Source of the DNA: a bacterium
Lineage (GTDB): Bacteria > Zhuqueibacterota > Zhuqueibacteria > JANLFK01 > Oleimicrobiaceae
Assembly (NCBI GenBank): GCA_037445575.1
Contig: JBBIKH010000002.1
Location: forward strand, 9,509-70,279
DNA length: 60,771 nt
Direction of reading: 5' to 3'
This document shows, piece after piece, positions 1 to 9,482 of the stretch. The notes below the pieces were generated by a model that saw nothing but the letters and a program-made list of their open reading frames with translations, was not told the DNA's origin and searched no databases. The position numbers were made by a program, and so were the translations under genes. How positions within the stretch are numbered: the stretch's first letter is position 1; the number at the start of each line of letters is the position of its first letter.

Positions 1-3000
1 GGTATCCCCGGGCGCAATCGCGCTCCCCGCCTCGCCGTTCAACAGTGCCTGAAAGACGTGTCCCTGGCCATCATCGATCTTCAGCCATGTGCTTGTCTGC
101 TGGAGCATGAGGGTGGAGCCACCGCTGTTGCGCACCCGCAGACTGAACGCCGCGTAGCTTCCCCTGTTAACACTCTTGGGGAAGAGAGAACCTGCCAGGT
201 ACTGAATCGCGGCCCGCGACTGAATGAGTACCGTGTCGCTTCCGGCGTCGTAGGTGTCATCACTCACTTGCCGGCCGCTGTTCACCTCGGTGCCCCGTAC
301 CTGGGCGTGGATCGCGGCTGTGGCCGGCGTCGAGCTTGTCCTGTCAATCACGAAGACCAGCGTGCCCGTGCTGTTCCCGCGCAGGCGAGTACTCCCGGAG
401 CCCTCAAGTCCGGTGGGCCGCACCACCGTATGGTCGCCTGTGGGTGCGAAAATGAGACCGGTCCCCTGGGACGTAAGGTCCAACGTCACGTCGCTCTGCC
501 CCTGACTGGCCAGGTAGACGCGGACCGTCCAGTCTCTGGTCTGCCCTGCGGTGACACTGGTGTCGGAGGCCAGTACCTTGCTGATCCTCAGGTCGGCTGG
601 CGTCTGTGCCCACACAGCAGCCGTGGCCGTCCGGGTGAGGACTACCCCCGAATTCACATTAAGGCCGCGCACACTTGCACTGATAGTTGCCTGACCAGGC
701 TCCAGTCCGGAGCGGGTGACCACGAACCGCATGACGTCAGCCGAGCCCGCCTCGAGCACGACGTCATTGCCGTTGAGCAGCAAGCTGGGCTTGGTAATCT
801 CCACTCCCAACGGCCCTTCTGGCGAAAGGGTCAACCCGGACTGTTCAAAATCGATAAGGACATTCGTCCCCCCGCTATTGCGAACGTGAACATCGACCTG
901 CCAGGTCTTGCTCTGGCCAATGGTGACACTATCCTGGGAGGGGACCACTTGGTCGATCAACAGCACAGGCAGCGTTTGCACCGTGACCCCGCCGAATACA
1001 CCGGAGCGTCCAGAATCGTCAAAGGTGCCATCGCTGCACCCGACACGTGCCGCAATAGTGATGTCACCTGTCGTCTGCCCGGTTGTCGTCACCGTGAAGA
1101 CGAGGCTGTCCGGGGGACCTCCTCCTTCCAGGACCGTGCCCCCGCCCTCGAGTGCCGAGGGTCTGACGGTCCCATACTGACTGGTCACGTCGGTAGCCCC
1201 TTTTCTGAAGGAGAGGAAGGTGCTGTTCGGGGAAAGGTCCACCACCAGATCCGTGAGGCTCCTGTTCTGCACGCGCACGGTGATCGTCCAGGCCGCGGTC
1301 TGCCCTTGCGTCACGGTCGCCTGCGAGGAGCGAATAGCCTGCAACTCAAGGCTTGGTTGTTGGACCAGCACAAAAGAGTCGGCAGTAGGACTGGAGACGG
1401 TGTAGCGGCTCCCGGTATTGAGGTCTCTGGCATACGCGTTCGCGGTCACCTGGACAAGCCCAGGCGTAGCAGTGCGGGTTGCGCTCAGCAGAAACATGAA
1501 TTGGCCAGTCTGGTTCGCCGCCAAACTTGTGGGATTGCCCGGTGAGGGGACAATTCGATACTCACTGAGGGCAGGCTGCCCGCCGCGCTGCAACAAGAAG
1601 CGCACGCTATCGACAATCGCCGTAGCAGCCTGCGCCCCCGTGTTCTGCAACATGACGGTGATAGGAACATCCGGTTGCCCTTGCCGCACCGTGTCGGCCC
1701 CCACGGCCAAGGAAGTGATCACTAAGTTAGGGGGTGTCTGCACGGTCCAGAGATGCTTGGTGGCAGCACCAATGGCCGAAACCGCGGTGGTGCCGGCATA
1801 GAGGCCCGCCACAGACCCGTCCACGGTGACGACGTCGGCAGTGGCTGAGCTTTTTACCCCTACCGAGAAGGTCAAGTTCTGTACGCCGCCGCCCTGAACC
1901 TGCGTGGCGTTGTCAGTGCGTACCACCACATAGTCGGCGCTGCGGTCCTGCGCAGGTTGCCCGGCGGAAAAGCTCAGGTTTGCCCCGGTGATCGTGACCG
2001 GCAGGGCCCCAAGGTTGCGCACCGCCATGTTCACCTGCACCCCTTGCTGCCCTTGGCTCACGGTGGCGGCCTGCGAGGTGATTGCAGTGATATCTAAGGC
2101 ATAGACGTCGATGGGGTCAGAACGCGCCTGCGTGCCGGTTGAGTGGTCTATCACCGAGATCGTCTCCAGGCCTGGGGTACGGAGCACAAAGCCACTGCCC
2201 GCAAAGGTATGGACGCCGCCGTCCGCAGGCACGAAGGTGTACCTGCGGTTCACGTCGTATGGGAGCGTTGCGCCGGCATCACTGCTGGCGAAATAAACCT
2301 CTCCTGTGTAGTCGGTTTTCGGATTGGCGTATCCGTCATAGGCCCTAACGGTCACGTCGTAGCCATCGAAGGGCGTCTGGGCCGCGATGCGCGCAGGATA
2401 GCCCGTGAGCGCAAAACTGCCCAGGCTTCCGGGCAACATGGTAATGTCTACCGTCCGGGTCACCGTGCCGCTCTGAGCCTGCAGGCGCGTTGGCGCTGCG
2501 TTGTAAAGAGTCTGCGTCGAAGAGCCGCTGCCGTTGACAACCACGATATCAGCCAACTGTGGCGCGGTGCCGTCAGGAGCGTTGCCCCCACCGGAGGCAA
2601 TGCTCACCGCCACCAGTCCTGAGGCAGGGTTGTTGAACTGGTCCTTGGCGTTGCTCACCGACAACGCAAAGGGTTGCCCGGCCCTCTGGACACTCGTGGC
2701 GGCTAATGCAAAGTCGTTAATGGCGGCCGCAGAGACGCTGATGTTGTCGCTCTCCCGGCTTATCGTGCCATTGGTGACGGTTATGCGCTGCTGCCCCGCC
2801 GTGCGCAGGTCAAAGTCGCTGCCTGGGAAGGTCTGCGTGCCGTTCACCAGCGGCACCGGATTGGACGCACCATGCGCGAGTACCGCAGCGGGGTCTGTAC
2901 TCGTGAACCAGACCGTTCCGGCATAGTCGGTCTTGATGTTTCCCCATTGGTCGTAGGCGGTGACTTGGACAGAATTGCCTCCAAATGACTGGCCTGCCAC

Positions 3001-5391
3001 AACTGTTGGGGGATAGCCGGTGAGCCCAAAACTGGCGAGTGCTGTCCCTGGGGCCAGAGTGAACGGGTTTGTCGTTCTGCTTACCCCAGAAAGCTGCGCC
3101 CGTAAGCGCACGTTACTCTCTGCCCGATACAGAGTTTGAAGGGCCGAGCCGCTCCCGGCGACAACGGTGATAGGGCTGAGGACTGGAGACGTGCCATTGG
3201 GAGCTGTGCCAGCGCCAGCAACCGCGTCCACTATGAACGTGCCAGAGATCGGGTTGCCGTAACTGTCACGAGCATCGCTGATCGTCAAGGCAAAAGGCAC
3301 ACCGGCCCTCTGATTGCCAGGGTCGCTCAACGTGAAGGATGCCAATGAAGCAGCACTGACAGCGATGGACGACGAAGAGGCAGAAACACCCGCCTCTGCA
3401 TCTGTGACGGTCAGAGTCTGAGAGCCCGCTGTCTTTAGCGCAAAGCTTCCCCCGCTGAAGCTCTTTTGTCCACCGCTAAATCCGCCGCCAGCTGCCGGGA
3501 GAACCGCCTGAGCATCTGAGCTGCTCCAGCTTACGCTTCCCGCATAGTTGGTCTTTAGATTGCCCAGCGCATCGTAGGCCGACACCACCACCGGAGAAGA
3601 GAAGCTATTGCCCGCCACCACTGAGCTGGGCACCCCACTCAGCCCAAACGACCCCAACGCACCGGGCAGCACCGTGAACGCGTCAGTGTCATCCGTTACC
3701 CCACCGCTGGAACCACGCAACACCACCCCACTCTCCGCCTTCACCAACACCTGCGACGCGCTCCCACTCCCATTGCTCACCGTGATAGCGCTCAAACTCG
3801 GCCCACCCCCATTCGGCGCAGTGTGTGACCCCCCATCGGCAAACCCCACCGTAATCGTCCCACTCCACGGGTTGTTGTATGCATCTCGCGCCCCGCTCAC
3901 GCTCAGCACAAACCCCACCCCTGCCACCTGCGTCCCAGGATTGCTCAGCGTAAAGGCAGCCAGCGCCCCAGGACTCACCACAATCGGGCCGCTCTCCCGC
4001 GACACACTCCCATCGGTCACCGTCACCGTCTGCGCACCCGCCGTGCGCAGGACAAATCCGGTCCCCGGAAATGAGTGCACACCTGCGTCCCCAACCGTAA
4101 ACGTGTATCGGCTTCCGGCTGTGTACGGCAGCGACGCACTGGCATCGCTCGATGCAAAGTACACCTGCCCCGTGTAGTTGGTCTTCAGGTTGCCGAACAC
4201 ATCATAGGCCGACACCACCACCGGAGAAGAGAAGCTATTGCCCGCCACCACTGAGCTGGGCACCCCACTCAGCCCAAACGACCCCAACGCACCGGGCAGC
4301 ACCGTGAACGCGTCAGTGTCATCCGTTACCCCACCGCTGGAACCACGCAACACCACCCCACTCTCCGCCTTCACCAACACCTGCGACGCGCTCCCACTCC
4401 CATTGCTCACCGTGATAGCGCTCAAACTCGGCCCACCCCCATTCGGCGCAGTGTGTGACCCCCCATCGGCAAACCCCACCGTAATCGTCCCACTCCACGG
4501 GTTGTTGTATGCATCTCGCGCCCCGCTCACGCTCAGCACAAACCCCACCCCTGCCACCTGCGTCCCAGGATTGCTCAGCGTAAAGGCAGCCAGCGCCCCC
4601 GGACTCACCACAATCGGGCCGCTCTCCTGCGACACACTCCCATCGGTCACCGTCACCGTCTGCGCACCCGCCGTGCGCAGTATGAACAGGGAGCCGGCAA
4701 AGCTTTTTTGCCCAGCACTGAACCCCCCACCACTTGGCGGAAGGGTAGCCAATGGGTCGGTGCTCGACCAGCTCACGGAACCGGCGTAGCTGGTGATCGT
4801 GTTGTTATAGGCATCTTTAGCTGTGACCGTGACCGAGCTGGGAAAGGTAGAGCCCGCCGTCACGGCCGCAGGCACACCGGCGAGATCGAAGTGGTGCAAG
4901 GCCCCAGGCACGATCTGAAAGGACGAGGAGGTACTCGGACCGTCTATGGTAGTGCCGGACGCATCCTTGGTCTCTAAGGTCACCGTGTAGCTTCCCGGCG
5001 TGGTCGGGTTTGCCACAAGGGCCATGCTCACCCTTGCGCTAGCGTAGCCGCTAATGACTGATCCCGTGCCGTCCCTGGTGATCGTCACTCTCCCGGTAGC
5101 AGTGTCAGTTGTAACCCGAAACCCACCGTCAATGGAGCCATTGGGAGAGGCGGCAATCAATACCCCAGCCACACTGAAGCCTGAAGGGAAGGTGACAACA
5201 ATGCGGCCGTCTTTGGGAAGGGTCCCCGGGAAGCCAAAGTCAATTTGACAGATCGTCGTGGCGCCGGCAGAAGAATCGGCAAGGGTCACCTTCAATGGCG
5301 AGATGGTTCCCGCCATGGCCGGGTTCGTCACCCCTGCGACGGTCACGAGAGAAAGCCCGAGAACGAGCGATGTGGTCTTCCAAACCTTCAT
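1..5391 (-). CDS. Giant secreted repeat protein (adhesin-like), N-terminal 1797 codons. The ORF runs off the left edge, so it is absent from the supplied track
   Basis: My own minus-strand translation from the ATG at 5391 gives MKVWKTTSLVLGLSLVTVAGVTNPAMAGT..., which looks like a signal peptide. The frame stays open to position 1, and the track lists no complete minus ORF in this frame across 5.4 kb. A roughly 150 aa N-terminal domain is followed by nine modules of about 100-105 aa in two alternating kinds. Type A reads PGAL.SF.L.GVP..V.AG..F...V.V.A.D..GN.KT.Y.G.V.F.S.D...LP....F...G...F.L.TAG.Q.VTVTD. Type B reads PGALAAFTLSNPG.Q.AGV.F.L.VS.ARD.YNNP.SG. Both resemble bacterial Ig-like (Big/invasin-type) arrays. 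From about 2100 down to 1 there are roughly 120 aa modules with V.QGQ....V.V.N.G signatures, resembling CARDB-type domains. Confidence 0.8.
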   Translation of the reverse strand, partial: MKVWKTTSLVLGLSLVTVAGVTNPAMAGTISPLKVTLADSSAGATTICQIDFGFPGTLPKDGRIVVTFPSGFSVAGVLIAASPNGSIDGGFRVTTDTATGRVTITRDGTGSVISGYASARVSMALVANPTTPGSYTVTLETKDASGTTIDGPSTSSSFQIVPGALHHFDLAGVPAAVTAGSTFPSSVTVTAKDAYNNTITSYAGSVSWSSTDPLATLPPSGGGFSAGQKSFAGSLFILRTAGAQTVTVTDGSVSQESGPIVVSPGALAAFTLSNPGTQVAGVGFVLSVSGARDAYNNPWSGTITVGFADGGSHTAPNGGGPSLSAITVSNGSGSASQVLVKAESGVVLRGSSGGVTDDTDAFTVLPGALGSFGLSGVPSSVVAGNSFSSPVVVSAYDVFGNLKTNYTGQVYFASSDASASLPYTAGSRYTFTVGDAGVHSFPGTGFVLRTAGAQTVTVTDGSVSRESGPIVVSPGALAAFTLSNPGTQVAGVGFVLSVSGARDAYNNPWSGTITVGFADGGSHTAPNGGGPSLSAITVSNGSGSASQVLVKAESGVVLRGSSGGVTDDTDAFTVLPGALGSFGLSGVPSSVVAGNSFSSPVVVSAYDALGNLKTNYAGSVSWSSSDAQAVLPAAGGGFSGGQKSFSGGSFALKTAGSQTLTVTDAEAGVSASSSSIAVSAASLASFTLSDPGNQRAGVPFALTISDARDSYGNPISGTFIVDAVAGAGTAPNGTSPVLSPITVVAGSGSALQTLYRAESNVRLRAQLSGVSRTTNPFTLAPGTALASFGLTGYPPTVVAGQSFGGNSVQVTAYDQWGNIKTDYAGTVWFTSTDPAAVLAHGASNPVPLVNGTQTFPGSDFDLRTAGQQRITVTNGTISRESDNISVSAAAINDFALAATSVQRAGQPFALSVSNAKDQFNNPASGLVAVSIASGGGNAPDGTAPQLADIVVVNGSGSSTQTLYNAAPTRLQAQSGTVTRTVDITMLPGSLGSFALTGYPARIAAQTPFDGYDVTVRAYDGYANPKTDYTGEVYFASSDAGATLPYDVNRRYTFVPADGGVHTFAGSGFVLRTPGLETISVIDHSTGTQARSDPIDVYALDITAITSQAATVSQGQQGVQVNMAVRNLGALPVTITGANLSFSAGQPAQDRSADYVVVRTDNATQVQGGGVQNLTFSVGVKSSATADVVTVDGSVAGLYAGTTAVSAIGAATKHLWTVQTPPNLVITSLAVGADTVRQGQPDVPITVMLQNTGAQAATAIVDSVRFLLQRGGQPALSEYRIVPSPGNPTSLAANQTGQFMFLLSATRTATPGLVQVTANAYARDLNTGSRYTVSSPTADSFVLVQQPSLELQAIRSSQATVTQGQTAAWTITVRVQNRSLTDLVVDLSPNSTFLSFRKGATDVTSQYGTVRPSALEGGGTVLEGGGPPDSLVFTVTTTGQTTGDITIAARVGCSDGTFDDSGRSGVFGGVTVQTLPVLLIDQVVPSQDSVTIGQSKTWQVDVHVRNSGGTNVLIDFEQSGLTLSPEGPLGVEITKPSLLLNGNDVVLEAGSADVMRFVVTRSGLEPGQATISASVRGLNVNSGVVLTRTATAAVWAQTPADLRISKVLASDTSVTAGQTRDWTVRVYLASQGQSDVTLDLTSQGTGLIFAPTGDHTVVRPTGLEGSGSTRLRGNSTGTLVFVIDRTSSTPATAAIHAQVRGTEVNSGRQVSDDTYDAGSDTVLIQSRAAIQYLAGSLFPKSVNRGSYAAFSLRVRNSGGSTLMLQQTSTWLKIDDGQGHVFQALLNGEAGSAIAPGDT
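3571..4680. repeat. Near-identical tandem duplication inside the giant ORF: 480 bp blocks at 3571-4050 and 4201-4680, with a 630 bp period
   Basis: Base-by-base comparison finds only 3 mismatches (3574/4204, 3970/4600, 3998/4628). Identity drops sharply outside the blocks, for example 4051 onward versus 4681 onward. The 630 bp period equals one A+B domain pair. The block ends lie inside A-type modules. Confidence 0.95.
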
Positions 5392-5413
5392 TGCCTAAGG
5401 GCTACGGCTGGGT

Positions 5414-5881
5414 TCACTGTTCTGTTCGCATACCGTCCATGGCAACCGCTATCAGCAGCACGTGCGGTTCGGCAGCAGGATTGGGGAAGACCCGCACGGT
5501 CGCCTGCGCGGTGCCGGGCAGTTCCTTTGGGTTCTTCACCGCCGCAAAGAGGAGGTCTACCGCTTCGCCAGGGGGTACTGCCTTTCCCAATCCTGACCGA
5601 GAGATGCGCACCGTGTCCTGGGCCACCACTACGGAGAACCCTCCGTCCATTGCCCGGGAGCTGGCGAGCTGCACGCCAGAAACATCGAAGGCCCGCGGCA
5701 GGATGAGCTCAAACCTGGCTGCCGGCGAGAGTGTATCCTGCGTCACGAACCGGAGCGCGTAGACCGCATTTTGGCCCGCCCGGCTGGCCAGCGGCCCAAG
5801 GCTCCCCGCCGACTGGCCGAGTGCTACTTGCGCTCCCACAACCAGACTGAGCAAGAAAGCAGGCTTCAATCGCCAGTACAC
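5414..5881 (-). CDS. Small secreted protein, paralogous to the N-terminal domain of the downstream giant protein
   Basis: 155 aa, GTG start at 5881 with GAGGAG about 10 nt upstream. The N-terminus MYWRLKPAFLLSLVVGAQVALGQSAG looks like a signal peptide. It shares the pattern [FI]..I..P..F.V.GV..A.S....DGGF.V......V.I.R.G.G.........NP...PG....V with residues about 30-140 of the giant protein. Its stop lies 23 nt before the giant ORF start. Confidence 0.6.
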   Translation of the reverse strand: MYWRLKPAFLLSLVVGAQVALGQSAGSLGPLASRAGQNAVYALRFVTQDTLSPAARFELILPRAFDVSGVQLASSRAMDGGFSVVVAQDTVRISRSGLGKAVPPGEAVDLLFAAVKNPKELPGTAQATVRVFPNPAAEPHVLLIAVAMDGMRTEQ

Positions 5882-6100
5882 TCTATGACTCCTCTATCGA
5901 GTCGTGTCTCACATTCGCACAGAATCCGAGCTTAAACACGCCCAAGATGGCCGTTTTATCTCAGTTTATGAGGTCTGCAAAGACTATACCACCAGCCCTG
6001 CTAACTCCCGGCAAAATCCGTTGCTACAACGCCTGTCGGCAGCTGCGTCCGCCTGGGCCGGAGCGTGGCCCACGCTTTCTCATCGTGCGCTATCGTATTG

Positions 6101-6137
6101 GCCGATTCTCGACTACTCGCTTCGGTCGAAAACCGGC
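6101..6137 (-). terminator. Strong strand-specific hairpin just after the TPR gene stop; terminator-like or RNA-stability element with no clear U-tract
   Basis: On the minus-strand RNA, GCCGGUUUUCGAC-(11 nt loop)-GUCGAGAAUCGGC forms 13 bp including two G-U pairs. On the plus strand those two pairs would be A-C mismatches. Confidence 0.4.
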
Positions 6138-6141
6138 ATCG

Positions 6142-7251
6142 CTATTTTAGGAGAGTGCGCAAAAGGATAAGCAAACCCCGGCCTTCGTTTTCCACCAGAC
6201 GCAGGTTCCGCTTGGCCGTACGAAAGCGCGGGTTGATGCGTAACGCCTCTTTGAACTGCCGGGCCGCCCGCAGCAAGTAGTTGCGCCCTTGGATGAGGTA
6301 GGCGACACCCAGGCTGTTGTGCAGGTCGGCATAGGCGGCATGCCGGGTGCTCAGGCGTTCCAACTCTGCCACGAGCCTCTCAATGGCCTCGCCGTTCTGC
6401 GCACTGCTTCCGAGCATCAGTCTAAGCAGCAGCTCCTGCTCCACCTGCTCCGGCGAGGGATCTTCCTCCTCGCTCACCAGCGTCATCAGCTCCAACGCGC
6501 GGGTGAGCCGGCCGCTTCGGAGGGAGTGGAGAGCCTGCCGCAAAGGTTCGGAGTTGCCGCTGAGATACTGCATGGCACTCTGCAGCAGACCAGCTACTTC
6601 CCCGACCTGGTCCGCATCCGGTTGCCTTTGCTGGTTGGTCAACGTCTCCAGTTGCAGTTTCGCCAGGTCGAGGAGGGCCGCTCCGTAGCCCGGGTTGTAG
6701 CGCAACGCCTGGCGAAGGTGCGTCAGTGCCTCTTCCCTCCTGCCCAGCGCCCAGTAGGCGCGGGCCAGGGCGCGATGAAGGTCGGGGTAGTTCTGCCCGC
6801 CCTCCAAACCACGAAGAAAGCAGGCAACGGCGCCGCCGGGTTGATTCTCGGCCATGAGAACCTCGCCGAGGTTCTTGTGGTATTCGGCCGCGTTGCCGTC
6901 AAGAGCAATGGCCAGCTCGAATTGCTCGCGAGCCTCGGCAAGAAAGCCCCGGCGGAAGAGCAGCACCCCAAGGCGGTTGTGCGAAGGCGCATGGTGCAGG
7001 TCGCGCACCTTGTGGCAGAGCGCAAAGAGCATCCGCACTGCCTCGCTGGCCTCCTTGTGGAGGGCAGCCACCTGATCCTTGGCCTCCTGGGCCGAGACTG
7101 TCCTTGGCACGCGCCGGGCGATCCGCTCCACAAGGCGCCCGTCCTCAAAGACCAAAGCCGAGACCTCTCCGGTTTCGGCATTGAGGCTGGTCTGCACGTG
7201 AAAACGCCGGCCATCAATCACCAGGTCGGTGTTGAGCCCGATGGAGTCCAC
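6142..7251 (-). CDS. TPR-repeat protein
   Basis: 369 aa, GTG start preceded by GGGAGGG. It contains repeated 34-aa TPR-like units, for example AEYHKNLGEVLMAENQPGGAVACFLRGLE, PDLHRALARAYWALGRREEALTHLRQALRYNP and ADLHNSLGVAYLIQGRNYLLRAARQFKEALRINP. Confidence 0.8.
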   Translation of the reverse strand: MDSIGLNTDLVIDGRRFHVQTSLNAETGEVSALVFEDGRLVERIARRVPRTVSAQEAKDQVAALHKEASEAVRMLFALCHKVRDLHHAPSHNRLGVLLFRRGFLAEAREQFELAIALDGNAAEYHKNLGEVLMAENQPGGAVACFLRGLEGGQNYPDLHRALARAYWALGRREEALTHLRQALRYNPGYGAALLDLAKLQLETLTNQQRQPDADQVGEVAGLLQSAMQYLSGNSEPLRQALHSLRSGRLTRALELMTLVSEEEDPSPEQVEQELLLRLMLGSSAQNGEAIERLVAELERLSTRHAAYADLHNSLGVAYLIQGRNYLLRAARQFKEALRINPRFRTAKRNLRLVENEGRGLLILLRTLLK

Positions 7252-7349
7252 CGGCCCTCCCGCCAGTTATGTACTCCTCTCGACGTCGACGCTGCAGGTG
7301 CAGGGAGGAGAGACTGAGAGGGGAAATGTCTTGCGGCGAAAGCTCCGCG

Positions 7350-8327
7350 TCACGACATGAGGCTGATGATGCACACCACGTCGACAATATCGTCGACGCT
7401 GCAGCCGCGCGACAGGTCGTTCGCTGGCTTGGCAAGGCCCTGGATGACTGGGCCCACCGCCCGCGCCTTTCCCAGGCGTTCCACCAGCTTATAGGCGATG
7501 TTGCCCGCATTGAGGTCCGGAAAGATGAGCACGTTCGCCTTTCCGGCCACGGGGCTGTCCGGCGCCTTTCTCTTGCCGATGGCCTCGACCAGGGCGGCAT
7601 CCGCCTGCAACTCTCCATCCAGCGCCAAGTTGGGAGCCTTGTTGCGCGCGATGGTCACAGCGCTGCGGACCTTGTCCACAAGTTCGTGCTCAGCGCTCCC
7701 CTTGGTGGAGAATGACAACATGGCCACCACGGGTTCTTCGCCGGTGAGCGCCCGATGCGTACCCGCCGAGGCAATGGCTATGTCTGCCAATTGCTCAGGA
7801 GTAGGAGCTGGGACCACCGCGCAGTCAGCAAAGGTCAACACCCGCCCATCCGGGGGGATCACCATTTCAAAGCAGCTCGACACGACCGAAATCCCCGGGG
7901 CAGTGCCGATACAATGGAGCGCCGCACGCAGCACATCGCCCGTGGTGTTGATGGAACCGGCCACACTGCCGTGGACTATCCCCTCTCGCACCATCATCGC
8001 CCCAAAGAAGAGAGGATTCTTCACAACTTCAAGCGCTTGTGCGGCCGTGACCCCTTTGTGTTTACGCAGCTCAAAGTAGGTGTGGGCAAAATCCTCCAGG
8101 GAGTCGCTGGCCAACGGGTTGATTACCTCCACATCCTCCAGCGTCACCTGGAGCTCTCGCGCTTTGGCCTGGATGCGGTCCGGGTCACCAAGGAGGACCA
8201 CCTCGGCCAGGGCATCGCGGCGCAAGATCTGCGCCGCCTGAATTACTCGCGGCTCTTCACCTTCGGGTAAAACAATCTTCCGAATCCGGCGCTGTGCTTT
8301 CGCTCTGATCTCAGCAATCAGGTCCAT
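7350..8327 (-). CDS. pta: Phosphate acetyltransferase (short form)
   Basis: 325 aa with the motifs [41 protein letters not shown] and [15 protein letters not shown], which are typical of Pta. Confidence 0.9.
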   Translation of the reverse strand: MDLIAEIRAKAQRRIRKIVLPEGEEPRVIQAAQILRRDALAEVVLLGDPDRIQAKARELQVTLEDVEVINPLASDSLEDFAHTYFELRKHKGVTAAQALEVVKNPLFFGAMMVREGIVHGSVAGSINTTGDVLRAALHCIGTAPGISVVSSCFEMVIPPDGRVLTFADCAVVPAPTPEQLADIAIASAGTHRALTGEEPVVAMLSFSTKGSAEHELVDKVRSAVTIARNKAPNLALDGELQADAALVEAIGKRKAPDSPVAGKANVLIFPDLNAGNIAYKLVERLGKARAVGPVIQGLAKPANDLSRGCSVDDIVDVVCIISLMS

Positions 8328-8805
8328 GGCTTCTGAACTTCTCCTTCAGTTTGGTTTCCACAAATGCTGGCACAAACGGCGACACATCACCGCCACAACT
8401 GGCGACCTCTTTCACAATGGAAGAGTTGAGGTACGTGTACTTCTCGTTGGGCATCAGGAACACGGTGACGACATCTCGCGCAAGACGCCGGTTCATGAGG
8501 GCCATCTGCAATTCGTACTCGAAATCCGACACCGCACGCAGGCCGCGAATGATCGCCTGGGCACCGCGCCGCCGCGCATAGTCGACCAACAACCCAGCGA
8601 AGCTGTCCACTTCCACGTTGGACAGGTGCGTGATGGCGTTGATAATCATCTCCTTCCTCTCCTCCACCGAGAAGAGGGGGGTCTTTTGCATGTTCTGGGC
8701 AATTGCCACAATCACGCGGTCAAAGAGACCCGCCGCCCGCTCGATGACGTCCACATGGCCGTTGGTAATAGGATCAAAGGTTCCCGGGTAGATGACGGTC
8801 CTCAT
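8311..8805 (-). CDS. coaD: Phosphopantetheine adenylyltransferase
   Basis: [24 protein letters not shown] carries the nucleotidyltransferase HxGH-type motif, and [20 protein letters not shown] is also present. The ATG at 8805 is preceded by GGGGAGG. The track start at 8850 is an upstream extension. Confidence 0.9.
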   Translation of the reverse strand: MRTVIYPGTFDPITNGHVDVIERAAGLFDRVIVAIAQNMQKTPLFSVEERKEMIINAITHLSNVEVDSFAGLLVDYARRRGAQAIIRGLRAVSDFEYELQMALMNRRLARDVVTVFLMPNEKYTYLNSSIVKEVASCGGDVSPFVPAFVETKLKEKFRSHGPDC

Positions 8806-9361
8806 AAGCCTCCCCGCGCGTTGTGAACCATGTGACAGCGGTGGTGCCAAAATCCCTCATCCGCAGCAGATGCAGCCTCGGCGAGGGAGAGACCAGGTGC
8901 AGCCCTCTACGGTGCTCGATCACGAGCACCCCGTCGTAGGAGAGAAGCCCCTTTTCTGCCACGACGCCCAGAAGGGCCTCGTAGGCGGAAAAGGCATAGG
9001 GCGGATCTGCCAGGATCACGTCAAAAGGCACAGCGCTTTGCCAGCCACGGAGGTAGCGAAGTACATCGGCGCACACCACTTCCGCCTGGGGGGTCAGGCC
9101 CAAAGTCACCAGGTTCTTTTTGAGCATCTGCAGCACGCGGGGCGAGTGTTCCACAAATACTGCTCCTGCCGCGCCCCTGCTGAGCGCCTCGATACCCAGT
9201 GCCCCGGACCCGGCGAAGAGATCGAGCACCTTCGCGCCCTCGACGCGGCTGCCCAGGGTGTCAAAGATGCAGGTCCTGACTCTGCTGCTGGTCGGGCGTA
9301 CCGCCTGCCCCCGCACGGTGTAGAGCTGGCGCCCTCGCAGTCGCCCGGCTACTACGCGCAC
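8774..9361 (-). CDS. rsmD: 16S rRNA (guanine966-N2)-methyltransferase
   Basis: Contains DLFAGSGALGIEALSRGA and ILADPPY motifs. A GTG at 9361 gives the canonical N-terminus MRVVAGRLRGRQL. The track's longer start at 9547 would read through a terminator-like hairpin and overlap the upstream gene. The order is the classic rsmD-coaD arrangement. Confidence 0.85.
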   Translation of the reverse strand: MRVVAGRLRGRQLYTVRGQAVRPTSSRVRTCIFDTLGSRVEGAKVLDLFAGSGALGIEALSRGAAGAVFVEHSPRVLQMLKKNLVTLGLTPQAEVVCADVLRYLRGWQSAVPFDVILADPPYAFSAYEALLGVVAEKGLLSYDGVLVIEHRRGLHLVSPSPRLHLLRMRDFGTTAVTWFTTRGEAYEDRHLPGNL

Positions 9362-9380
9362 GACAGGGCTTAGCCTCCAC

Positions 9381-9403
9381 AAAAAAGGCGCCCTTCGGGC
9401 CAC
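9381..9403 (-). terminator. Rho-independent terminator after the PilM/N/O-like cluster
   Basis: The minus-strand RNA reads GGUGGCCCGAAGGGCGCC followed by UUUUUUG. This is a GC stem with a GAA loop followed by a U6 run. Confidence 0.6.
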
Positions 9404-9482
9404 CTGCTCCTGCCATGAGCACGGGACCTGGAGGGCACCCTGCACGTTTGGGACTACCAATAGCCCACTGGGCCCAAAGGTC

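Noticed and set aside
58-5762. Numerous plus-strand track ORFs, for example 58..1545 (495 aa). Also 3608..4177 and 4238..4789, whose translations are near-identical over about 150 aa (one difference seen, R/C).
   Set aside because: They lie antisense to a continuously open minus-strand frame with a clear repeat-domain architecture. Their translations are low-complexity P/T/S/A/R-rich. The two look-alike ORFs simply mirror the 630 bp tandem duplication.
6289-7317. A 342 aa plus-strand ORF opposite the TPR gene. Similar long antisense ORFs occur at 10782..12011, 42523..43569, 43588..44625, 51038..52039(-) and 59901..60638(-).
   Set aside because: Each overlaps a gene with unambiguous family motifs on the other strand (TPR, PilM-like, YidC, GyrB, helicase). 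None has a recognisable domain of its own.
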